From contig JAYWIR010000002.1 of NCBI GenBank assembly GCA_036172245.1, positions 1,550,001-1,614,000 of the forward strand: a stretch of 64,000 nucleotides of DNA. The letters are read 5' to 3'. Shown here piece by piece: positions 51,958-64,000 of this stretch. Source of the DNA: Raillietiella orientalis. Lineage: Eukaryota. The translations under genes were made by a program, and so were the position numbers. Position 1 is the stretch's first letter; the number at the start of each line of letters is the position of its first letter. The notes beneath the pieces are model-generated. The model saw only the letters and a list, made by a program, of their open reading frames with translations. It did not search any database and was not told the DNA's origin.

Positions 51958-54900
51958 GGCGACGGAAGGTGAAATGCTGTTTACCAAGACTATGCAACAA
52001 GTTTTTCTGTGCTGAATATATTTTCTTCCATTGATCGCTATTTTATCTTGTTGTCCCCGATAATTAATGGGAAGAGAATAATCACATCTTGTCAGCGTGC
52101 TCATTCCAGAAAGAAAGGAACAGAAATGGATTTCCGAAATCAATGCGATCTTGTGGGAGGAAAATGCGAGATGGCAACCAATCTGTATGGAAAGCTCGGA
52201 TGCGCTCGCGTAATCTCGATGTTGGCTGCAAGTGTTTCGGAATTAATGAGCAGAGCTCCCGATTCCGCAATGATGGGCAAAACGTAGAGGGAAAAAAATA
52301 ACCCCAGTTCGTTCAATAGACAGGTTTCTGTGGAACATTATGCACAGCTCTGGACGCTACCATCTCGTTAGGCGATTGCGGTAGTGGGGAGTCCTTGGAG
52401 TCGATAACATTAGTCCTCTGCCTCTTCCTGGAACCTTTCACGGACCTTGACTGTCAAGGAGGCACCTTTTTTCGTTGGTTGAGACTTCCTTCTGGACTTT
52501 CCGGTATGCCGCTTCGAATGCCACCCCCCGCGAACTTCCAGACTTGAAGTGTTTTCCACGTGTTATCCGGAAACCATGTGTTATTTTTCTGGTATCGTGG
52601 ATTTGCGCGTTAGGTGGGGCATCTTTTACCAGAGAAATTTTGAGGGTTTCGTAACGAAGCAGAGACCCGTGCGACAAACACATCCGTTCAGATCCCTCCG
52701 GGGTACTCTTGACGGGATAAACTACGAAAAGGATGGCAGTGCAATGGCGTCAAGCACTTGTAGGATAACATCGAATCAAATGCTTCGACGTGGTGGGTAC
52801 CCATAACCTGGGGCTGAGACGAATGCGTAGTCGCGTTGGGACACGGAGGATGTGCTCTGCTCACTTGAGCATCGTGCTAATTATCTCAGTCAAGAAGGAA
52901 AAAAACCGTTTGATAGGAAACCGGATGAAATTCCATACGATTTAATCGGCTGTTTGCACAGCTACGGGAACGCAGTTGTTGCATCACTAGTGAAGATGCG
53001 AGCTGCTGTGTGCACCAAGACGTACGCAGCTGTCGGTTTCAAAACAAGCCTCAAAGAACCAACACACTCCAGAAATTGCATTTTTGGTTGTTTCGGGAGA
53101 AAAGAATGCATTTCTTCCTTCTTCGAATGGTGCATTTTGTTCCTAATCCTTTAGTCTCCTCCTGGGACCCCATTGCCAAAAAATGCACTTGCATTTCTTG
53201 ATCGTTGGTAGTGCCTGATGCTACCGTTTCGACATTTCCGCTTCTCCTTGCTTCAAGGGAGTGGGGATGACAGTGTCCCTTCTGGTGATTTGATGATTCC
53301 ATTTAAGTGCATTTCTGGATGAGACTCACCACACGGCAGAGGATTTCTAGGGGCTGTTTTTCTTGGATTTCCGTTTAGTGGTGAGGAAGATTATGCTGGC
53401 TTTTGCTTCTTCTAATAATGGGCATCCGCAGCGCCTTATCTGATGACGGCGACTTCATTTCTCATGAGATTGTTCTCGACGCACTTCGAATCCATAAGCA
53501 TCTGATGAGTGAGAAGTCCTGTTGAATCGAAGGGGAGTTTCTTGTGAGCGGAGGTGTATTCTTCTTGTTTGCTACTTTTGGCTGATGATAACTTTCCTTT
53601 GTGCGGAAAATCCGGAGATGGAAATCGAAAAGAAAAAACAAAAGAAAACATGGAAACAAGGGAAGGAAGGTTCCGAACGAGGAACCTTTGCGTGGAACGG
53701 ACTTTTAGACGTTCCTTTCTGAGGTCAAGGTGAAGAAGTCTGACTCTGTGTATGAGGACGGCGTGACCATTCCAAGGGGAATACAACAAAAGCAGGTTTT
53801 ATCGTGAAACGTGACCATAGCTGAGGCTGAGAATAATTTGGAATCGTAGGTACACTGTTCCTTGCCATACATGATCTCCAAGAAACGCATTGGGGAACAA
53901 ATAATAAGGAGCTGCGATGACTGCAGAACTGAAGTCCACGAGAGCATCCAGCATTCGTGGACTCTAGAGAACGCAAAGTATCGAAAGGTTGGATGAAGCG
54001 AGTTCGGAGTTATCGAAGAAGAACTGGCACTGATGCAGCCAGAAGCCATTTTCCTGGAGGAAAAAGACATGTTTGCGTTCCCGTCAGTCTTTCGGGACAA
54101 TTACCCTCAACAGATTTGAAAGGCTGAATCAATGTGGACCTCTCCATTTGTGGAAGGTAGGGACCCGGAGTACGTGTCTGTTAAGGCAGATGAACTGCGC
54201 TGCTGGTAAAAAAGGTGCTGCTGACTTTCTGCCATTCCTTCGCGGATTCGGTAAGTGGACGAAAGTGCAACAGCGGGAACGAGCGAACGCGCTCCGGTTG
54301 AGGAAATTTTGGCACTCGAAGGAAAGACAAACTCAGAGTTCTGACCTGCTTTAGATCATGGCAAGGTGGATGGGTGCTTTCCGATCTGCTAAACCACACG
54401 TAAGAGGCTGGCTGCTCTATCACGGATGTTCGGAACTTATGGCCTCCCCCCCCGAGTCGCACGGCAGTACCACTTTGTTTTGTGCCACAGTCCGTGCGTG
54501 AAAAAAGACGACACGTGTACAGGGTTTCGATTCTGCAGTTTCTCCACAATGATTGGAGTTGCGGCCGGACAGCAAGAAATGCTGAAAGCCGACACTGAGT
54601 CGGAGCATGGTAGCGACTCAGCTGCCGCGTTCCCGTAGCAAATCCGGCATCGTCCGTGTTGCTTCAGGAAATGCATGCACAAGGTGCCACACACGCAAAT
54701 GGGAGATTCAGTTGGAGATTGCTTTTTGCCCTTGACCACGCAAGCCATGCCGTGAGAAAGCCTACGTTTCCTTGATGCCTGGTGACGTAAGCAGAGCCAG
54801 CAAGAAAAACCGCTATCCGTCAACAACGATACCAGGCGGGTATAAACATTCATCCCGTATTCTTGTTCAATCTGGGACCATGGAGCTGTTTCGGATTGCG

Positions 54901-55124
54901 AGGGCAGATTTTCGTTCCCTGTGCTCTCTGGTGAAATCGATCTTTTCAAGGGGCCAATCTCTGCGAATGGCATCGGAAGAATGGGATAGGCAGGAAGCCT
55001 GACTCTTCTCGAGCAGTGCCGTATGAATGCTGAACGATCGCCTGCACTCGCAAGAACTGCCTGAGGTAGAAACTCTTCTTCCCCATCCAAGTGCGTGACC
55101 ATTGGAACAGCCATGCCCGCTTCA

Positions 55125-55650
55125 GCGGCCGTGTGGCTGCGGTCTCCGCGTGCGCGGTACTAAGCTTTGCGGGTTACGTGGAGGATCGACGCCTAGAAAT
55201 AGGTGCGTCGTGAGTTTCTAGTCCCCCTCCCCCTTCCTCCTCGCAAGTTGACGCTGGTTTGGTCTGTCGGCATCAAGTGGGGCACGGGTGGAAGCAGCCT
55301 GAAACTCCGGATGTCCCCGTTGACTGGACGTGATTGGGGTCCTTCCAGACATCAAGGAGTGCGAGTTCCCTTCCAGTTGCACAAATAAAGTCCTAACCTG
55401 GAGCTGGTGAATTGGTGACGCCTCTCCAGAGTGTCAAGAAGCGCGTTGCTCCCTTCGGGGACGCACCCTTTAGAGGAACCGGGAAGCATCCCTTCGGGGT
55501 TCTCCTCAGAGGAGTAACGAGGGGTGGTTTTTCGTGTGGGTTCTCTCCGGAGAAAGGAAAATTCCAGGAGCGGATCTTTTCCGTAATTTCCCACGGAGAC
55601 AACCAGGGAGAGCGCACTTCTTATTCCGGAGCCTTCCTGGATTCATGAGG
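55125..55650 (+). mobile_element. Diverged copy of the structured repeat family
   Basis: Head ggccgtgtggctgcggtctccgcg. Body cgcctctccagagtgtcaag, ggaagcatcccttcggggttctcctcagaggagt, cggagacaaccaggg and ccttcctggattcat match 48283-48597. Confidence 0.75.
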
Positions 55651-58600
55651 TGGTTCCCTCCCGCGGTACCGTCCCACTTCGTGAGCTTCTAGGCGAACGG
55701 TTCTTGAGTACTTAGCGGACCACTCTGTAGAAGCTTCCGGAACAAGAGACTCTAAACATAATTGGAAAGAAGGAAATTTGGAAACCTGCATCGTTATGGA
55801 ATAAGGATAACGGCCTAATGGCCTGAGGTCGCTAAGCTGGCAGCCTTCGTAGGGATATGAAGTATATCGACCTGCGAATTACGGGAGAAACACTCAGCCG
55901 CTTGCAACATGAAGGATACTCTTAAGGTGTGGATAGGATGTTACCCTCTGAACGGAGGCTGTCATTTCCTGGCATCAAGGATCCCTCGGCCTCTTCCTGT
56001 TATTGACTTCCTAGTGGTCCACCCTATAAACGTGAGACGTGCGTGTGCATATCAAAGGCCGTCTCTGATACACTTCTCAAGAGGCCGCCCGGATTCAGTT
56101 TGGTCCTGTTTGTCTGACCGCTCGACTGGGCTGAATTGAGATCGAAGCTGTCTCCGGCCCAACCACTGCCTAGGGGTCAAGAGGCCGGGAAGAGTCCAAA
56201 CCAGGAGAGCGTTCTGGAATGATGGAAGAACGACCACTTGCTCCTCCGAATCGGGCGTCCGCTGGCATTGACCGGCGTGAACATTGACCGTGGACAGCTT
56301 GTGGTTGGCAGGCGGATCCATTCTTAACCCAAATATCTGTCGGAGTGCTGGAACACTGTCGATGGATCCAAAGATATGACCCGCAAATTGATGGTTCGAT
56401 CTTGCTGCGTATCCTGGAGATGCTGAAACTTCCCTATCGTTCGCAAGGAAGGAATAACCAGCGATCGACACACACGTTTTAGTCAATGCACCTTGTAGCA
56501 TTAATACCGTCCGCACTAGAATGGGATTCAGCAAAAACGGTGGTCTTACTAGAGGTTCTGCAACAATCCAGCAGTTCTACAAAGTGAGATTGCCTCTCGA
56601 AGAGTATGAGGTTGGATCAGAGAGGACCGATCTAAGCTGATGGAAAGAAGTCCCTGGGCACCTCAACGATCCCTTTGCCATACAGAGAGCATCGAACGAT
56701 TACGCGCTTAAGACGTGTTCATCACCATGTTCTCACGCTCGGACACTTTTTCAGATGGCATCCCGTGACATTCTTGCGGATCGAGAGCTACGGTCGTCAG
56801 GGTAACCGGCTTATCGAAAGGTTTCCACCTGTGCCTCAGATAAGCGTAAATGGAGACAACAGGAGAATGCATGCATCTGGACCGAATGCGCCATTGGGGG
56901 TCTTGCAGTCGGTGGCTGCCAATAACTTCCAGCGCGGTCACTCCTGAGACAGATTTTCTGAAGATGGCACTGGAGCCTTCTTCCCTTGTTTGTGTTTGGA
57001 ACGAATGGCTTGCGAAATCTACTGCTGCCCAGCTGTTTGAACATTCCACGAAGATTAGGGAATGGTTGCCATACGGAGTGGAGGCGTAACGAGGAGGCAC
57101 ACATACCGCGGTCTGCGTGGCTTGGAAAACCATAGACGATTCAAGTAAGAATGAAATCCCCGTCCTCTTCTAAGAATGGAACGAGACCTTTGAGAATGAA
57201 AATGATTGGCTTCAGAGAGGCCTTAAGGTCTCGAGACGCTAAGGATGTCGATTCGCGGAATCAGGTAATGCTGGATCCACATGTCCTCATGCTGCAAGAA
57301 ACTGCTTCGAAGCTTCCCTATCTGATCTCAAACAAAGAGGTCTCATCTGACTGATGTTTGGAGGTGCAAGTCCTCAACAATTCAGAGCACGACTCGAAAG
57401 ACTGGCGGAAGAACTGCTACAGCAAGCAGCAGCTTCGACGTCAAAGGATACCAGGGCAAACGATAAGAGCAGGAGAGAGCATGGGAAGAGGCCGCGTTTG
57501 CAGTTTATTCTTGCTTCCAGTTCGGAGGTCGTCTATGTGTGACCTAGCCCGCGTATCGTCGAGTAAGCCAAGCGTGTCACACCTGTATAGAGCTGCCGTC
57601 TGTCCTTAGTCTGCCCTTCGTCTGATTGCGTCGAAGATCATCCCATCTGATGGGTCTTTGCTCTTTCTGCGCATATTTGACGAGAAAGGTGCTGATGGCG
57701 ATGTAGAAGAGATTTTCTATTCTCTTTGCTTACGTTGCGCTGTTTGGTGTGGGTGGGAAAGCACGGGATGCTTGTTTTGCCTGGCGGAGTACACCAAATT
57801 CCATTCTGTGCCGATAGCGGAGGAGGGAAGCATGTCTTCTAATTCCAAATCACATTGCGTTGGAATGGAGAGAAGCCACAGGTGCACGCTCGTTTTCGTC
57901 TCAGATGATGCCGATGGTATCTGCCACTGAACGCAAGAACAATGGAAGCTGCGATTTCGGATCATGGAACACAACGTGTCAGTCTATCTCTGGAACAGGG
58001 TGATCTTCGATACTCTGGAACCAAAAGGGAGTACTGAGGTCAGTCATCTCTTACCAACGCAAGAACAGCTTGCAGGTTGGAAAACACACACACACAAGGC
58101 GGTGTCGCTCACCAGCTAGAGAGAGCAACACCTCGTTGGAAGGGTAGTCTGGAAGGATGACATCCACAAGCGGAGATGCTCTTTTCCACCCTCGTAAACG
58201 CCTGATGCTGTCCGGTTGCACGTTCATCTTGCGACTTCTTTTGGTGTCCGCTGCATGGATTCAGTGGATCGGTTAGAAAGAAACACACTATCCCTCCTTC
58301 CCACTCTGTGATTGTCCCGATTGGAAGAGGTCGGATCGATGAAACCTTTCCAGTAGCAGCAAGGTTCTCCGGAACTCTTGTTGCTTGATCCGAAAACCAC
58401 TGTTTGAGCGGATCCCACAAGCATCCTGGCCGCGATCGATATGCAAATCGCTCCAGGAAGCAGCACGAGGAAACGCGCGTTGAGTTCATGGGGGTACTCT
58501 TGCTGGTCCGCGTCCGGTACCCGTCGACACTCCGTTGCCCACGACGACGAGCGGCACCCTTGGAAACGTTCAAGCCGGGAGCCTGCTTTTCCTCAAGAGA

Positions 58601-61600
58601 ACCGCAATGCATGCGAGGGTGAAGGTGGCCATGGCGGTGCACAGAGAACGCAGCTGTTGAAACCAGTCGCATCTTGGGTGAGCGGAGCCTCAAGACCTCC
58701 CCCTGCCGAAAGGGAATGTTTCCAGCACTCTGGACAGACGCAAATTCTTCGAGGGAAGCCGTGATTCGAAGGGAGCGGCATCCAGCTTGCAAATGGCAAG
58801 AATGTTCCAAGACCGCGGTTCCTGAAGGTCGCGGATTCGTTTTAGTCCGCAGTACAGGGGGGTGTCGCCACTTACGCTTACTCTGGAGAGCAAGATGGAC
58901 AAATACCTGGTGACGAACACCCACCATCCCTCCACGGAGATCTGCATGATAGCGTGCGCGCCCTGGCAGCGGTCTCTAGGAGGCGTTAGTGAGTGCAGTG
59001 ACAAGGGGGAGCTCGGCTTCAACACGTCGGAAACTGGATGCTCACGCCCATGGGATTCACGTCCCGCGAAGGCTGTTTCTTCGAAACGGGGACGATGCCG
59101 ATGGAAACCGGACGTCTGCTCCGAAGGGATGCGCGGTCCACCCTCGACGCCAAAATTGAACGTTCTCTCATCGGTTCCAACCGGAGGGTGAGCGGTCGGC
59201 TACCTGCTCTGAGCCGGAGACGCCCGCCACATCTAACTCGATCGGTCGACGAATCCGCGCGTTCCAATGAAGGTCGCGGTGCAGCCTTGACCGACGCCGC
59301 ACGCGCGCCCCGGAGCAGCCAGGACAGATCCGTGCACCGTGCGTCAGTACGTTCAGCGGCGATCCCATCCCTCTCCTTGCCTCGCAACCGGGCTGTCCTG
59401 TCCTGGAGGACGTTCGTTGCTGCTGATCATGGAATTGCCGCTCGGGAATCGATTCGGGAATGGAGGAGGAGGAAGAGAAGAAGGGAGAAGGGAAGTGGAG
59501 AAGGGAGAACGGAGGCGCTCAGGGTCAGAAGAGGCAGACGAACTCGGGAACGCAGACGTCGCGCTGAATCCTCCCCGGTTCGGCACGTGGACCGACGTCG
59601 CCGCGTCGAAGCCGTTCCGGCAGCGCGCGCGGAGGTGCGCAAGACGGCTGCCGTGAAACTAACGGGAACGGAAGCATCTTGCTGCGGGACGGGCGAAACC
59701 CCCGTGGGAAGTTCGATCTTCCCTCGAGACTCCCCCTCCACCGGGTGCGGGCCGACGCGTTCCTGTCTCTAGCTGCTTTGATGGCGTTCGAGTCCGCTCA
59801 CTCTTTCTCGGCGTCCTAGAAACGGGAATCCCGGAACGGAGTACTGCGTCCAGTGTTCGCGACGCGTCACCTTTCGGACCCCACGTCCCGTCTGAGCTCT
59901 TGGCAAAGTTTCCTGAAGCTCCCCCGATCGTTTGAATTCCCACTTCGCTCACGCAGGAGGGAGTAAACGGTGCTCACCCTTGGAGCGCTCACACACCGGC
60001 TCTCCTTGGAGGCGTCGGTGGAGACAACCTCCTGGCGCGCTCAGCGCGTCCTGGAAGGGCTTCTCGAGCGAGTTGGTGCATCCCTCGTGGGGCCGCTCGC
60101 TGACGCATCCGTCGCAGGCAAGAGGGAGGCCGCGGAGCCGAGGCGCTTCGTCCGCAGCTTCCCGCAGGCTGGACCGCACGCGGGCTAGATGCGGAGGCTG
60201 CCGCTCTCTCGGACCGAGATCACCGTCCTGACAGCGGCTGGACGGGCAGTCCGGCGCTAATTGTAGCGTATCGGCAGGCGCGCCGGCGGCGTTACACGCA
60301 GCCACGTGCACTCTTCCTGCTGCTGCTGCTTCTTTCCACTGCCAAGGTCCTCATCATCGCTCGCTTGCTGGGTGGTGTGCCCAACGGAAGTGAGTCGTTT
60401 CCATCGGATCCGGAGAGAGAGAGGGAGAGGCTTTCCGTTCCGGAAGGAAGGGACTCCAGCTTCCGGGAAGAACTTGAGGGATCTGGGAAACAAGTCGCTC
60501 CGCTCAGCATCCGGCGCCGGAGCCGCTCAGAGGGCGAGCATGGTCGCACGCGGGGGTGAGGTGGAGCGCGGAGGAGCGCCCCCTGAGTGAAACCTCGAGG
60601 CCTGCCCTGTGTCTCCTCCAGGGAGTCCACACCTATCCAAAATCCGACCGGGACCGAGTTCTCCGAGAAAGAGATGTTCGCCAAGTGCCGCGCCTTCCGG
60701 ACAGAGGCCAGGATAGGGGCTATCCTCTCCCCTTCCCCCTCTCTACGCGAAAGAAACTCGCCCGGCGAGGCAGTGGCAAGTTCAGCGCGCGGCCGATCGA
60801 CCTGGAGGAGTGTGCGCCCTCGCCGAGACGGGAACGCGGGACCAACCTCCCGCACGCTTTCCTCCTGCGCTCTCTGAGTCTCGTTTCCGTCGGTCACATC
60901 GGTCTTACGGAAGGATGCGCGACTCGCAGCAAGCCGTGTCCTCGTTTTCGTCTCTCTCTTCCCCCCCCCCCTACCCCTTCCGTCTGGATGCCATGCGGGG
61001 GAAGGAGCTGCCACTGGAGAAGTCCGTGGATCGCGTCCTTCCACCGCTGGCACGGGACGCGTCCGCATTTCCGTGCGTGAGGGAGCGAAGAGCTCTGGGG
61101 GCGAAAGGGGACGACGTCCCCCAGAGCTGTGGTCTGCTTCCGCCCGGATGTCCGATTCTCCCTCCGTTCCTGTCTATCCGCCGGTTTCGAGGAGCATCAT
61201 CAGCTTCCGTTTAGGAAGCGGAGGGTTGCCGTGACGGAGTCCACCAGCTGCGCCTCCTTGCAGAGGGATGGGAAAGGAAGGACAGCGCATGCTCCTGTCT
61301 CCCGGCGGATGCAGTCTCGAGTTTCGTGCCCCTGATGTACCTCTCGGCCTGCTCCCGGGAGAAGAGGGCACGCGGCGCGATGCTGGGAAGCTGAGATCGC
61401 CCGCGAGGGTATACGAGAACGCTCGGAGATGAGAGAGGAGCTCTCGAGACGAGGGACGCGAACGGAACCACGGCCTCTCCTCCCCAGCCTCATGGAGCAG
61501 ACAGCGGATCAGGGAAGAAGGTGGAGGAGGGAAAGCGTTCCCTTGGGGCCGCATGCGGAGGAGGACGCGAAGACGGCAGGCAGAGGACGCCGGCGGACCC

Positions 61601-64000
61601 TCAAGTCCGGTTGCGAGCGCCACCTGCCTGAGCGAGAACTTGGAATTCCCGGGAAGCTTCCGGTAGCAAGAGCCCCTCCCTTTCTCCCAGGCCAGCTAGC
61701 ACACGCCGCCCAAGCTAGTGGGGTGCGACCTTCCTCGGGTCCTTCCATCTCCCAACTGCGTCCAGAGAATCCATCTGGGAAGGCGGGGAGGGGAAGGGAG
61801 CAGAGTGGCTGCACGGGAGGGAGGTCGTGCCAGCAAATGGGAATCAGGGATTGCTACACGGGCGCTGCCCATGGACGTCCCATTCTCTGTCGGGCCGCCT
61901 GGTCGGCCGGCCGGCGGCCTTTTTGAGAACAACCGGTGGAGGAGTAGCAGCAGTCGCACCGCCATTTCGGCGCAGTGGTGGCATCCGAGAGGTGCCGTGA
62001 CCCTCCTCACGTGGTCGTCCTCACGAACCCTGCTGGGTGTTTGCTTGACTTTGACTAATGAAGGTCAACAAAGCATCCTACAAGAATCCTTTACTAATGA
62101 AGGAAGCTTGGATTTCGGATTCGGGACCGGCGAACCACGCAAAATGTCATGGCCTGGATCAAATCTGGGCGCGCCACCCCTTTCGGTCTAATGAGGAAAA
62201 GCCGAAAGGGTGGAGCGTCCAGGTTTCTCGGGTAGGCGGAGAGGTTTCCCCGGGGGGGACGAAGATGTGAAGTGCCGATCCTTGCTACGTACGCATGGGC
62301 GTGCAGGAATGGGGGGAGAGGGATCGGTCAAGGGTCGTAGTGCTGGAGAAGAAGGATTTTCCTCACCGGAAGCAAGTGGTATGCCCAACAATGGAGGGGA
62401 ACGGCGAAAGAGAGGTTGGTGATGACTGTGGCGGCTCAGGAAGAAATTTGTCCTCAAAGAAGAAGAACCTCAAGAAAGAAACCTAAGAATAATGTAAGTG
62501 CTGGGAGGGGAGGCAGGGTTAGGAGCGTGGAGTCACAAGCCAATGGTATTTTCGTGGGAGAAGTAACAGTGCGCGGAAAACGTGGGGTAGATTGCTAAGA
62601 GGGATAGGGGAGGACTAGCATTGGCGTGGAGTGTTGTGTGGAAGTCAGGCATTGTTTGTAGTTGTGTACGAGACTGAGGTCAGATTTTGAGTCGGGATCG
62701 CCGGGGAGTTTGTTGACAACAATAAACAATACAAGTTGTTGAAACCACGGTCCCTATCAAGTCCTGACGAGGGCACAGCTTGCCGAGTGTCCGATGTGCA
62801 GACCGAGTAGGTGGTCTTCACAGCAGAGGGGATGGGAGAAAACAAAAACATAAATAGAAATAACTTTGGGGAGCACTGGAAGGGATCACAGCTTGCTTGG
62901 TGCCGTCCTCTGCATCTTCTCGAGGATGCCGGACGTCCATTAGCGCCAAGTGTCTCACCAGCTTTCTTCAGTCTTGCTGTCCTCCGCAAAAAAACGTAGA
63001 GTGGAGTGATGGCGTCCCCATCGCGTCACTCCAGGCCACGACAATCCCGCGTAGGTGGCAAAGAGCTTCTAGGGTCGCAATGCGTCAATCTGGAGGCAAT
63101 GCCTCGCATGCGAAGAGTGGCCTCCGTGGGGTGGCCACATGGGGTCCGGAAGGTCGTCGTCGCAAGACGTTTCCGCACCGGCTGCAGGGTGGCGCAGCCC
63201 ACAACATACACGGCTTCCCGCACCTATCGCAATCTGGGTCCACACTTCTAGCTGAGGGTGAATGTGAACGCTTTTCTGACCATGGGGTGTGTGGCTGTAG
63301 AGAAACGATGATCCCTGTGATTCGTCGGAAAATTAGGAGACTTTCTATGAGAGGTCCTAGATTTCAGAAGAAGGAACTGTGTGATAGTACATTTATGTTG
63401 ATTACATGCGTGATTATTATTATTATGAAGTTCGTTGTCATTGAAGGAAACGAAGGGACGTATTCAGCTGGAGGATTATTTATGATGATGATTAGTGCTA
63501 TCATAAGGTGTGTGCCACGAGAAGCCAGGTTATGGGAACACTAATTAACCAGAGTAGAATTGTGGAAGAGTAAGATTGGAGGGGAGTAAGGAGCGGGGGC
63601 GGATGAGGCAATGAGTGGGCATGAAAGGAAGAATCAATAAGGGAGCAGTGGTGGGGGTTTAGGATAGAGTGCGGGCAGTTTGTCGTGGGTCAGAGGTGCC
63701 GGATGCGAAGGGACGACGAGAACGCTTCCGACGCCGGCGGGATACAGAATGACGGCACATGGTGGTGTCTGTTGTGTGGAAAAAATGTTGATGAGAATGA
63801 CCATGGATTGGGAGGTAATAGAGAGTAGGAGAGCCATGATTATAAGATTGGTATAGGAGCAGAACAGGAGGGATCCTGTTACGATTAAGGTCATGCAAAG
63901 GATGTGCCGACATGGGTTCGATGTTAAGGTGGCACGCGGGTGCAAAGGTGTGGAAGTAAGACGAAGGGGATGAATAGGGAGTTATTTTGTTTTTGAAAAG

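Noticed and set aside
55392-55400. CCTAACCT as a telomerase-RNA template within a structured repeat copy
   Set aside because: Present in only one copy and short enough to arise by chance.
58100-62200. Many overlapping 100-270 aa ORFs in a GC-rich block
   Set aside because: No recognisable domain or consistent exon chain; expected from GC content. A hidden gene or TE cannot be excluded.
1-64000. Prokaryotic systems (CRISPR arrays, operons, defence islands)
   Set aside because: The genes contain spliceosomal introns, and no regularly spaced repeat-spacer array was seen.

Overview
This is eukaryotic, invertebrate-type genomic DNA with compact spliceosomal introns, many only 39-75 bp, so the ORF track catches only exon fragments. 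Six intron-containing genes can be reconstructed: an SLC5/SGLT-type Na+/sugar symporter (minus, runs off the left edge, one GC-AG intron), prostaglandin E synthase 2 (minus), ETHE1 persulfide dioxygenase (plus), a GT29 ST6Gal-type sialyltransferase (minus), a probable Gemin4-like protein (minus) and an aromatic L-amino-acid/DOPA decarboxylase (minus). The most unusual signal is a dispersed non-coding repeat family of about 750-800 bp, with at least 5 copies or fragments in 64 kb. It has a tRNA-like Pol III head, a 3' end that base-pairs back onto that head (with G-U wobbles), a body packed with hairpins (many with UUCG loops), and no visible poly(A) tail or target-site duplication. Some copies carry their own perfect palindromes. 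The window also holds a ~180-bp inverted repeat pair abutting an inverted, decayed copy of the last decarboxylase exon, several isolated perfect palindromes, and decayed TE-like stretches. All calls come from manual reading; no searches were run and the species is not identified.
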